Notes under the pieces: generated by a model | What the model saw: the letters and a program-made list of their open reading frames with translations, nothing else | Database searches by the model: none | Told to the model about the DNA's origin: nothing | Program-made: the position numbers and the translations under genes | Part shown: positions 1 through 9,271 of the stretch, one piece after another | Layout of the letters: each line of letters begins with the position of its first letter | Numbering within the stretch: position 1 is the stretch's first letter | NCBI RefSeq assembly: GCF_001194135.2 | Contig: NC_068982.1 | Coordinates: 153,334,399 to 153,398,398, forward strand | DNA length: 64,000 nt | Origin: Octopus bimaculoides | Taxonomy: Eukaryota | Direction of reading: 5' to 3'

Positions 1-190
1 AATAAACAAATTTCAATACGAGAGTCAAACTTGTTAGAGGAAACATAGTCAGAGTAGCCTTAGAATAAGACTTTGAAGCAAGTACCCATATGCGTGTTGG
101 TGTATTTGAGTGTGTATATGTATGCAAGTAAGTGCATGTATGTATATATATATGTATAAATATTTATGTATGTATATATATATATACATA

Positions 191-578
191 TTCTTTTATT
201 CTTCTACTTGTTTCAGCCATGCTGGAGCACCACTTTTAGTCGAACAAATCGACCCCAAGTCTTATTCTTTGTAAGCCTAGTATTTATTCTATCGGCGTCA
301 TTTTGCCGAACCGCTAGGTGACATGGACGTAAATAAGGCAACATCGCTTATCAAGCGATAGTGGGGGCACAAACGTAGACACAAATAACAGATACATACA
401 TATACACATATATACGACAGGCTTCTGTCTGTTTACGTCTACCAAATCCACCCACAAGTGTTTAGTCAGCCCTAGGCTATAGTAGAAGACACCTGCCCAT
501 GGTGTCATGTAGTGGGACTGAACCCGGAACCATGTGGATAGTAAGCAAGCTACTTACCACATAGCCACTCCTGCGCCT
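191..578 (-). mobile_element. tRNA-derived SINE, family 1 (octopus-type), near full length
   Basis: Minus strand begins AGGCGCAGGAGTGGCTATGTGG (A-box-like) and has GGTTCAGTCCC (B-box-like). It contains an internal TA/CA-rich tract and an A-rich 3' tail, and matches an octopus SINE consensus as I recall it. Confidence 0.85.
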
Positions 579-749
579 AAAACTATTACGAGTTTGCCAC
601 GATGTATATATATATATATATATATATNNNNNNNNNNNNNNNNNNNNNNNNNNNNNNNNNNNNNNNNNNNNNNNNNNNNNNNNNNNNNNNNNNNNNNNNN
701 NNNNNNNNNNNNNNNNNNNNNNNNNNNNNNNNNNNNNNNNNNTATATAT

Positions 750-825
750 ATGTTACATGTCGTTTAAGGGTATTTCGAAAGTTATATATATAGCTTTCGA
801 AATATCCTTAAACGATATGTAACAT
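750..825. repeat. 76-bp imperfect palindrome centred on a short (TA)n
   Basis: ATGTTACATGTCGTTTAAGGGTATTTCGAAAG is mirrored by CTTTCGAAATATCCTTAAACGATATGTAACAT with few mismatches. Confidence 0.9.
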
Positions 826-1392
826 CACGGGCCGATTTTATCTGGAGGCTTACGGAAGCGACGACAAAATACAACCTTACATGGTCCATACTTAGACACG
901 CGAGTCCCTACAACACTATATCCCGGAAATGCCTTTTATGCTAAGAGGAGTCACTCTCGATAATGTTAACAAAAGAGCGCATTATAAATAAATTTATTTA
1001 ACAATTACCCAGATGCCTACACGCAGCTAAACACACATTCACATATTACAATCCCGACCATACATAACTTGATCTATACATTGCGCCCAAAACTCTTAAT
1101 ACACATGAACTTGAGGAACTATATTCGAATAACTTGTATTAGACAAATGAACTTGCAATCTAGATCTATATATGTATATATGTATATGTATACATATATA
1201 TGTGTATGTGCATATGCATATATGTGCATGTGTGTATGTGTGTGTGTATATGTATGTGTATATATGTGCATATATATAGATATATATATATATGTTTACA
1301 TATTCCTCTGTGCGCATTTGCGTTTTTGTAGGTCTACGTATATATTAGTGTGAATATGTGTATACGTGTATGCGGGCGTGTGTTTATGTGTG

Positions 1393-1423
<31 letters not shown>

Positions 1424-1617
1424 TGACACATTAGTATAATTATACCTAAAATCTCCAAGAAGTTAAGGAGCTAGACAAAGAACATGCTGTCTACACATCA
1501 GCATAGAGACAGAGACAGGCAGAAACAAGGAAAATGCACATTGTATTTGAATACTCTGCAAATATTCATTAAAAAAGTTTTCTTTTAATTTTTCCAAAAT
1601 TTAATTGTTTTCCATAC

Positions 1618-1659
1618 TTACAGTTGAAAATGTCTCAGTGACTGAAACCGGTACTGAAA
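1618..1659 (+). ncRNA. Minimal type-I hammerhead ribozyme candidate, U3-A8 core variant
   Basis: TTACAG-TTGAAAA-TGTCTCAGTGACT-GAAA-CCGG-TA-CTGAAA: stem I, core UUGAAAA, stem II GUC/GAC, GAAA, palindromic CCGG loop, GUA cleavage triplet. Confidence 0.45.
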
Positions 1660-2196
1660 TGTTTTTTTATAAAATCATTTTAGCATTTTCTACCTTGACA
1701 ACTTTTTCCATATATATCACCCTTGTGTGTTCCTTTTCAACTTTCTACATATATATATAGTTATCGCCAAGCTAACATAGCGAATGCTGCCGTTGATTAG
1801 TTCCAAGAAGCCATCGCCTCTAGCTAGCTATGTGACACACAAACCTGTGTCCATTATACCCTTCGAACAGGGAAGGTCAGCAGCTTCTCCTTGCTGGTTG
1901 AACATCCACAGACTATTTTCGGGATAATTGCTTCTTCTCAATGTGGAGCAGCCGAACTCAGCAGGCGTCGCTGCTGACCTCCCCTTTTCGAAGGTTGTAA
2001 TGGACACAGTTTTGTGTGTCACATAGTTAGCTAGAGGCGATGGCCTCTTGGAGCTAATCAACGGCAGCATTCGCTATGTTAGCTTGGCGATAACTATATA
2101 TATATATGTAGAAAGTTGAAAAGGAACACACAAGGGTGATATATATGGAAAAAGTTGTGAAGGTAGAAAATGCTAAAATGATTTTATAAAAAAACA

Positions 2197-2238
2197 TTTC
2201 AGTACCGGTTTCAGTCATTGAGACATTTTCAACTGTAA
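2197..2238 (-). ncRNA. Mirror copy of the U3-A8 hammerhead candidate in the right arm
   Basis: Reverse complement is TTACAGTTGAAAATGTCTCAATGACTGAAACCGGTACTGAAA. It differs from the left copy only in the stem II loop. Confidence 0.45.
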
Positions 2239-2532
2239 GTATGGAAAACAATTAAATTTTGGAAAAATTAAAAGAAAACTTTTTTAATGAATATTTGCAG
2301 AGTATTCAAATACAATGTGCATATTTATCTATGATATGTACGTACATTTAAGTATGTATACACGTGTGTAACTACGTATATAAGTTCCGATACATATATG
2401 AGTACATATTTGTCCATATGTGTGCGTACGTGCGTATATCTAGTTGTATGTATATGTCCAGATACTTGGATGTACGTGTGAGTGCGTATGTATATGTGCG
2501 TATGTATATATATATATATATANNNNNNNNNN

Positions 2533-2564
<32 letters not shown>

Positions 2565-2599
2565 ACAGATGCGTCCAAGCACGAACACAAAAACATTTT

Positions 2600-4990
2600 C
2601 GTCTAAGTATTATCTTGCTAAATTAAAGGAGTTATTCTATTTGAGTGTTTAGGATGGCATGAGCTAAACAGAAGATATTGTTTCGAGTCCGTTAGCTTAT
2701 GATAAATGTTAGTTACTATTTGGTTGTTGACTCTTTTTTTATCATAATATGTAAGAAAGGGAGCTGTTCTTTGCTAAATTGAATGTTAGGATTTATATTA
2801 TTTAGTATTGATTTAAATTCCAAAAGTTTATCAGTGGTCTCATTCTAAATGATAAAGCACCCATCGAGATATATTTTCCAGTTTTCGGTGAAATAGATGT
2901 CCATATTTTAGCAGTGACACTTCATATATGATGAATTCAAAATATCCCATTATTAGGTTCGTTCCCATCGCAATTCCGCATTTTTGACGATAGTAGGTGT
3001 CGTCAAATATCTCAAGAATAAATTTTAAAGTTTCAATTATAAAAACCTGGTTTATGCGTTTCGAAAGTTCTTCGGGTTACTTTTCAAGCCAAAATTATCT
3101 TGCTTCTATTCCATAGCCATGTGGGATATTGGTGTAAATATTAATAACATCGAAGGAAACGAACAATGTCTCTTCAATAATATTTTTTTGGTAGGTGCTC
3201 TAGCATATCTAGATCGTCTCTAATGAAACGTTTGATGTATTTCAGAAAAGGTAGGATGTCTAGAAAATTGCTTAGGCGGTGGACTTCACAGGACGGGCCA
3301 GCTATAATGGATCTTAACTTTTTAAATATTCTGGCGCTAAGATATTTATGTATATGCCTGGTGATTGTTTGCAGGTTTCATTAACTATCTTGCTCTTGTG
3401 TATTTTAGGTAGGCTGTAAAAATAGACTAGGTTTATATTTAAAGTTCGTGATGCAATCTGTTTAATTTTATCAGGCCTTTTCTATGTAGATGAATTAAGA
3501 ATGCAAGATTTTTCATCGTTTTTAGTGTTTATAGTTTTCAACATTTTTATAGAAGGTGTCGTTTTCCAGCATGGATAATACAAGGTTTTTGTAGTATTGT
3601 GTGTCCATCAGGACTACAGTACTTCCTATGTCTGTTTGTTTAATTGTCAGTTCTTTGTCGTCTTGCAGTTCAGTTACATTTTTCCATTCTAAATTGTTGT
3701 GGTTTGGATTAATTTTTCCATTATGGACAGTATTTGGAAAATTTTTGATATGGTACCCGAAGTCATCTACTGCTTTATTCCTACCCTTAGGTGGTGGTTA
3801 ATTGCTTCTGTTTTTTAACCAGTGATTCATCCTTGTTGTTGTAGTCACTTAGTACTTCTGTGTGTCGTAGTTTTCTGCAGTATTCCGAAATATTATCTTT
3901 AATTTCATTCTGGTTAGATCTTCGTGGAGTTGGGGTAAATTTCAATCCTTTAGCTAGTATACTGATTTTTGTTGCACAGAGAGTTTTCTTTAATAAATTA
4001 ACTACTTTGGGTTTTTCCTGTATTTTTGGTCCAATATGTGACGCTTTTTCTCTCCACACAGTATAAAAAAATGTGTACTGTAATTTGGTTGATAGAAATT
4101 ATTAGTGTTTTTAACTGTATTAAGATTGCTGGGAGGCTGGTTTTGCTGTCTGAGTAAACTGGCTGAAAGTACGTGGTTCGGGTTTCGTCGTTGGTATAAA
4201 TTGTCAGGGTTCTTAATTATATTTGAGATGCTGGTGGTTCGTTTTGCTGTCTGGCTAAATAGGTTAGAATTCCGTAGGTTGAGTTTCTTCGATGAAGGAT
4301 AGAAGTGGTCCCTTGGGGAGAAATAATTACTCCTAACCCTAAGCTGGTTTCTTCCAGTATTTCTTATTAGTGATTAATGAGTTTCCCTTATTCCTAGATT
4401 GAGAACGGTTTACATCCAAGTGAGAAGTTAGTTTTGTGTGTTTGTGTTCTTTTAGATGTCTATAGTTTAATCAGGCGGATATTTACTTATTTCTGTACAT
4501 GTATTTATTCTAGATTTTTTTCATGAAGGGGGTTATCTAAACTGTAATCTCTTTTAAACTGAGTTTCGTAACTAAGGAAAAAAATTAACAATTTTCCCAC
4601 CGCTTATGGGAATTAATTTCTTCCAACTCACGCCTATCTTTCCATTGTTTGATAACACTTTCCAAAAGTAGATTAATTTGGTCTCTAAAGGAACATAATA
4701 GATCCTTCCCATATGACAAAGGTAAATCTTTTTGTCCGCTCTGTAACTAAGATCAGTTTCTCATCCTTTTCTCGGAGAATACTCTTGTAAACACGTCTAA
4801 AGAACGCGTTTATCGTTGTAAACTTTGGAAAAAAACATACTTTTAGTTCCTATAAATAATTTCTACTAATCTATAAAATTCGACCTTTAACTTTCTTCTT
4901 ACATTTCATTTCCACTACATATATCTATTTCCACGCTTTTAAACTTTATACTCTTTCACCTATCAGACTATATTTTTCCACTCATAATTT
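2600..4990 (-). mobile_element. Penelope-like retroelement, decayed N-terminal and RT region
   Basis: Minus-strand peptides: AKGLKFTPTP (~3925-3955), SFDVINIYTNIPH (3121-3160), CGIAMGT (~2955-2980), WKIYLDGCFI (2851-2880, decayed YxDD) and IYHKLTDSKQYLLFSSCHPKH (~2640-2710). Stops and frameshifts are present, and the 5' boundary is approximate. Confidence 0.88.
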
Positions 4991-5532
4991 TCTGTTAATT
5001 TCTTTCTTTCTCTTCCTTCACTTTCTCTAAATTAACAGTTTTTTAAAAGATAACTTGCTAGCGTTCCTCTTACATTATATACTTAAGTACGCGGTAATCT
5101 CATTCGGTTAAAATGGCATATTGATGTATTTATTCCTTTTTATCCTGACGAGATGATTGCATTGTTTTACATCATTTTTATTCTCTCCGGAATAATCTCA
5201 ATGCTTTTTTCGAAACATATGTTGGAAGCATAAATGATTTGGATAACACCTGCGTTTGACTACATTTCNNNNNNNNNNNNNNNNNNNNNNNNNNNNNNNN
5301 NNNNNNNNNNNNNNNNNNNNNNNNNNNNNNNNNNNNNNNNNNNNNNNNNNNNNNNNNNNNNNNNNNNNNNNNNNNNNNNNNNNNNNNNNNNNNNNNNNNN
5401 NNNNNNNNNNNNNNNNNNNNNNNNNNNNNNNNNNNNNNNNNNNNNNNNNNNNNNNNNNNNNNNNNNNNNNNNNNNNNNNNNNNNNNNNNNNNNNNNNNNN
5501 NNNNNNNNNNNNNATATATATATATATATATA

Positions 5533-6396
5533 CGAGGTATGATCAATAAGTATCAGTATTGTTGTTATAGTAACAAAGTTAAAGCACCCAAAGTGAAGCC
5601 GCTTGGCACAGATTGATCTTGATCTCTGCTGTGCATGCGCTCTATGTTTTAATCTTCCAGTTAACTTCCACTGTTTACAGCAGTACTTGGAAGAAACGTG
5701 TGTAGCATGTAAAGTTGTCATTACAATACCTGCTCAGAGGCCTACGTAATGTTGCAGAAAGTGTAGGGAGAGAAGTGCATGATCCGCACGCAAGTGTACG
5801 AGTGTTTTAGATGTTTCCAAGATGAACGAAAAATGTCGATATTGACGAACATTCTGGAAAATCCACAACCAACAGGACTAAGAAGAACATTGGCCCTGTG
5901 CGTGCACCCGTGAGGAGAAATCGTCGAATCACCATCCATGAGTTATCAGAGGATGTGAAGATTAGTTACGGTTCAGTTAGATACCTTATCACTGAAGATT
6001 TGAGTATGGGACGCGTGTCCTCCATGTGTGTGCCAAAACTGCTTTCTGCTGACCAAAAAGCAACTCGGATTTCAGTTGCACAAGATCTTCTCGACTGTCT
6101 CGAGAACAATGAAAACGTTTTCAAAACTGTATATATGCTTCTGAGTAGATATCACCAAGCTTTTGGCAAAATTTGATGCATATTCTCTGCTTAACTTTCT
6201 CTGTCTCATGGTCAATACGAAGATCACACGCTACACACGTTCCATCCAAGCACTGCTGTAAACAGCAAAAGTGAGCCAGAACGTTAAATTTTACTGTCAT
6301 GCACAGCAGAGTTCAATCTGTGCGAAACTGCTTCACTCTCCTTGCTTCAGCTTTGTTACTACGGCATCAGTCCGGATACTTATTTATGAGACCACG
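5533..6396 (+). mobile_element. Non-autonomous mariner derivative, copy 1 (long TIRs plus N-terminal HTH coding remnant)
   Basis: TA|CGAGGTATGATCAATAAGTATC start and inverted end GATACTTATTTATGAGACCACG, with ~200-bp arms. Internal peptide VRRNRRITIHELSEDVKISYGSV...CVPKLLSADQK. Confidence 0.88.
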
Positions 6397-6527
6397 CAAA
6401 CCACATAGACACATGCATACACACATACATATACATACATACAAAAGGTATTTTTAAAATTCAGCTTCTTGGAGCGTTCTAAGAAGTACTAAAGTTACCA
6501 AGTACTCAACTGTCAATTAAACACATT

Positions 6528-6569
6528 TTAAATCTGATGATTACACTATATATGAAAGCGCTAATTTAA
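6528..6569 (+). ncRNA. Minimal type-I hammerhead ribozyme candidate, canonical core
   Basis: TTAAAT-CTGATGA-TTACACTATATAT-GAAA-GCGC-TA-ATTTAA: perfect 6-bp stem I, CUGAUGA, GAAA, palindromic GCGC tetraloop, UH = UA. Stem II is weak. Confidence 0.62.
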
Positions 6570-6700
6570 CTTTATGAGAATTGCAATTTTTTTAATGTTA
6601 AAATACCATAATAAAAAGCGTGAAACCCGACTAAGCTTTAACTTTATTCACGTTTTTATTATGGTATTTTAACATTAAAAAAATTGCAATTCTCATAAAG

Positions 6701-6742
6701 TTAAATTAGCGCTTTCATATATAGTGTAATCATCAGATTTAA
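6701..6742 (-). ncRNA. Mirror copy of the canonical hammerhead candidate, sense to the adjacent PLE endonuclease fragment
   Basis: Exact reverse complement of 6528-6569. Confidence 0.62.
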
Positions 6743-6793
6743 AATATGTTTAATTGACAGTTGAGTACTTGAAAAATTAGAAACATTTTCTGA

Positions 6794-6988
6794 CTATATG
6801 TCTCTATACGTTCGCTCAATGAAACATGTCTCTCTATGTTCACACCAATGGCGAACATTTATGTTCCGGATTTGTTGTCTGTGAACTCGTGAGCGTTCCG
6901 ATAATGCATTCCCTGTTTCATCTATATAAAATTCCTCGCATTTCGGGCATTTAGTGCAATAGATCAAATTTCTGCTTTTGCAGTTCAT
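6794..6988 (-). mobile_element. Penelope-like element GIY-YIG endonuclease fragment
   Basis: NCKSRNLIYCTKCPKCEEFYIDETGNALSERSRVHRQQIR matches the PLE motif NLIYxxxCxxCxxxYIGET...R..EH. A gap truncates it upstream. Confidence 0.85.
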
Positions 6989-7583
6989 ATCTGCATTTGC
7001 GAAANNNNNNNNNNTATAATATTATATACATATACACGCACATATATATGTGTGTGTGAGTGTGTATGTTTGTGTGTATGTATGTATATATGTATGTATG
7101 TAGGTAGGTATGTATGTATGTATGTACAATTGCATATACAAATGTCTTCTGAAATGTTTATATCTAAATATACCACGACATCTTTCACAAGGTAAATTAA
7201 AATATGTCTACAGTGTAATGTTAAATGCGGGCCAAATTACGTTAGAGAACTTGTAAAAGTTGTAATATTTCTTTTGCCCATTCATAAACTGCACGTTATA
7301 CATCCAGATTTTCAGAAGTTGCAAAATTACTGCAATATATTTCAATAAATTGAATGCGATAAGGTTTATGAAAGACAATATTCTTAGATAAACAAGCATG
7401 ATATAAACCTCAAAGTCGGTAGTACAAATGTCAATGTACCTGGAAACGCGTACACGATGTTACAAAAACTGCAATAAAATCAAATTTATGAGATATTTAT
7501 CAATTGCTGATTGAATTCAGTATTACGCATAGTTATAAGCATATATACATACACATCCATCCATCCAAATATATATATATATA

Positions 7584-8808
7584 CAGGGGTTGGACACAAT
7601 AATGGAAACACCTAGCATCTAGCATCATAATTTTGAAATATCTATAAAACCGTCAAAGCTTGTTTATTTTTATGTTTTTTTTATTTATTATTAGTGTTGC
7701 TTAATATGTTTTGCTAAAATTGCTGTATCTTTTCAGATATCATCAGAAAAATGTAATTAAAATCCATTGAAATGACAGATGTATCGGACTTTCAAAGAGG
7801 TCAAATTGTTGATGCTCGTATGATTGGCCATAGCGTAAAGAAAACAGCCGAAATGTTTAGTGTATCAAGAAGTACTGTTTCGAAAGTTATGACAGCCCTT
7901 GAAAAAGAGGGAAAAACCTTCTCGTTGAAACAAAACTCCGGAAGAAATCCAAAACTTTCAGATAGAAAGCGTCGGACTCTTCCGCGAATTGTTGGAATGG
8001 ATCACAAAAGTACAGCTCCCAAAATTACTGCAGAGCTTAATGACCACCTCGAAGACCCAGTTTCCACAAAAACTGTTCGCCGAGAGCTGCATAAAGCTGG
8101 ATTTCACGGGAGGGCTGCAATCAGAAAACTACTACTCTGGAAAACAAACGTTGCAAAGTGTTTGGAGTGGAGTAAAAACCTACAGAATTGCTTACCTTAT
8201 TTCCAATCGCCGGTCGAGTATACGTGTGGAGAGAGCCAAAAGAAGCGTTTGACCAGACTGCCTTGTTTCAATTGTTAAACATGGAGGAGGATCTGTAATG
8301 ATCTGATAGGCTATATCTTTGAAATCTGCCGGCCCAATTGTTTCCCTTCATGGCAGAATTAATAGTCAAGACTATTGAAGCATTTTATCTGATCAAATTC
8401 ATCCTATGGTTGCTTGACTATTTCCGGAGGGAGACGCAATCTTTCAAGATGATAATGCACAAATTCACAAAGCTAAAGTTGTTACTGAAAGGCACGAGTA
8501 ACATTCTAGTGAAGTTGAACATCTTATCTGGTCACCACAGTCCCCAGATCTCAATATTATTGAACATTTATGGTGCCTTTTAGAAAAGCAAGTAAGGAGT
8601 CGATATCCTCCACCATCATCAATACAAGAACCGGAGACTGTTTTAGTTGAAGAATGGACAAAAATTCCTTTGGAAACAATTCAAACTTTGTACAAGTCCA
8701 TAACTCATAGAATTCAAGCTGTAATTACTGCCAAAGGCGGTCCTACCCCATGTTAAAATGAATTTGCTTGAAATTTTAAGTGGTTTCCAATATTTTGTCT
8801 AACACCTA
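7584..8808 (+). mobile_element. Tc1-family DNA transposon, near full length and defective, DD36E spacing
   Basis: TA-flanked TIRs CAGGGGTTGGACACAATAATGGAAAC and GTTTCCAATATTTTGTCTAACACCTA, enclosing a decayed transposase. Confidence 0.93.
7772..8756 (+). pseudogene. Tc1-like transposase pseudogene
   Basis: MTDVSDFQRGQIV...VSTKTVRRELHKAGFHGRAAIRK (HTH), then KHGGGSVMI*, FQDDNAQIH, WSPQSPDLNIIEHLW and GGPTPC*. It has internal stops and frameshifts, and the segment with the first catalytic D is deleted near 8185. Confidence 0.92.
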
Positions 8809-9042
8809 TATATATATATATATATATACACATAGGTATGGAAGGTTGTGTGGATGGATAGAAGTCGGATGAATGGATTTATGGATGGACATTATGTATT
8901 TATCCATGTCTGTATGTTTTTCTTTTGAATACATTTCAGTTTAGGCTCTCAAATCAGTCATAAAGGAAATTACACACCTCTTGCTTTTAAGGTGCTTCTC
9001 TAGTGTTTTGGGGGTATGTGAATGAGCTATTGAATGCATGTA

Positions 9043-9271
9043 CAGTAATCCGTCGACTATTGGGGGTGTTACATTCCCAAACCGAACCCCCCGCGACAGG
9101 TGAAAATCGGCGAAGAAAAAACAGTACTGTACTGTATATTTTTAAAACATTATTTCTATAATTTGTATATATTCATTTTATTATAAATTCAAAACAACAC
9201 CACAGAAGAATTGGTGTAGGCTTAAATAATAAACTGCGATAGGTGAACCGTGATATGGCGAGGGATTACTG
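9043..9271. mobile_element. pogo/Tigger-type MITE, 229 bp
   Basis: TA|CAGTAATCCGTCG...CGAGGGATTACTG|TA terminal inverted repeats with TA TSD. Confidence 0.8.

Larger units (their letters stand above)
1534..2322. repeat. Foldback element with ~350-bp inverted arms (1534-1884, 1970-2322) and an 85-bp spacer, probably PLE-derived
   Basis: Arms run ATGCACATTGTATTTGAATACTCTGC...GGTCAGCAGC and GCTGCTGACC...GCAGAGTATTCAAATACAATGTGCAT, with only scattered mismatches. No TSD is visible. Confidence 0.95.
6500..6770. repeat. Foldback with ~124-bp near-perfect arms (6500-6624, 6647-6770)
   Basis: AAGTACTCAACTGTCAATTAAAC...GTTTAATTGACAGTTGAGTACTT, with about two differences between the arms and a 22-bp spacer. 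Confidence 0.95.

Noticed and set aside
7730-7750. CTGATGA...GAAA on - inside the Tc1 5' region
   Set aside because: Only 5 nt for stem II and no stem I. This is a chance match.
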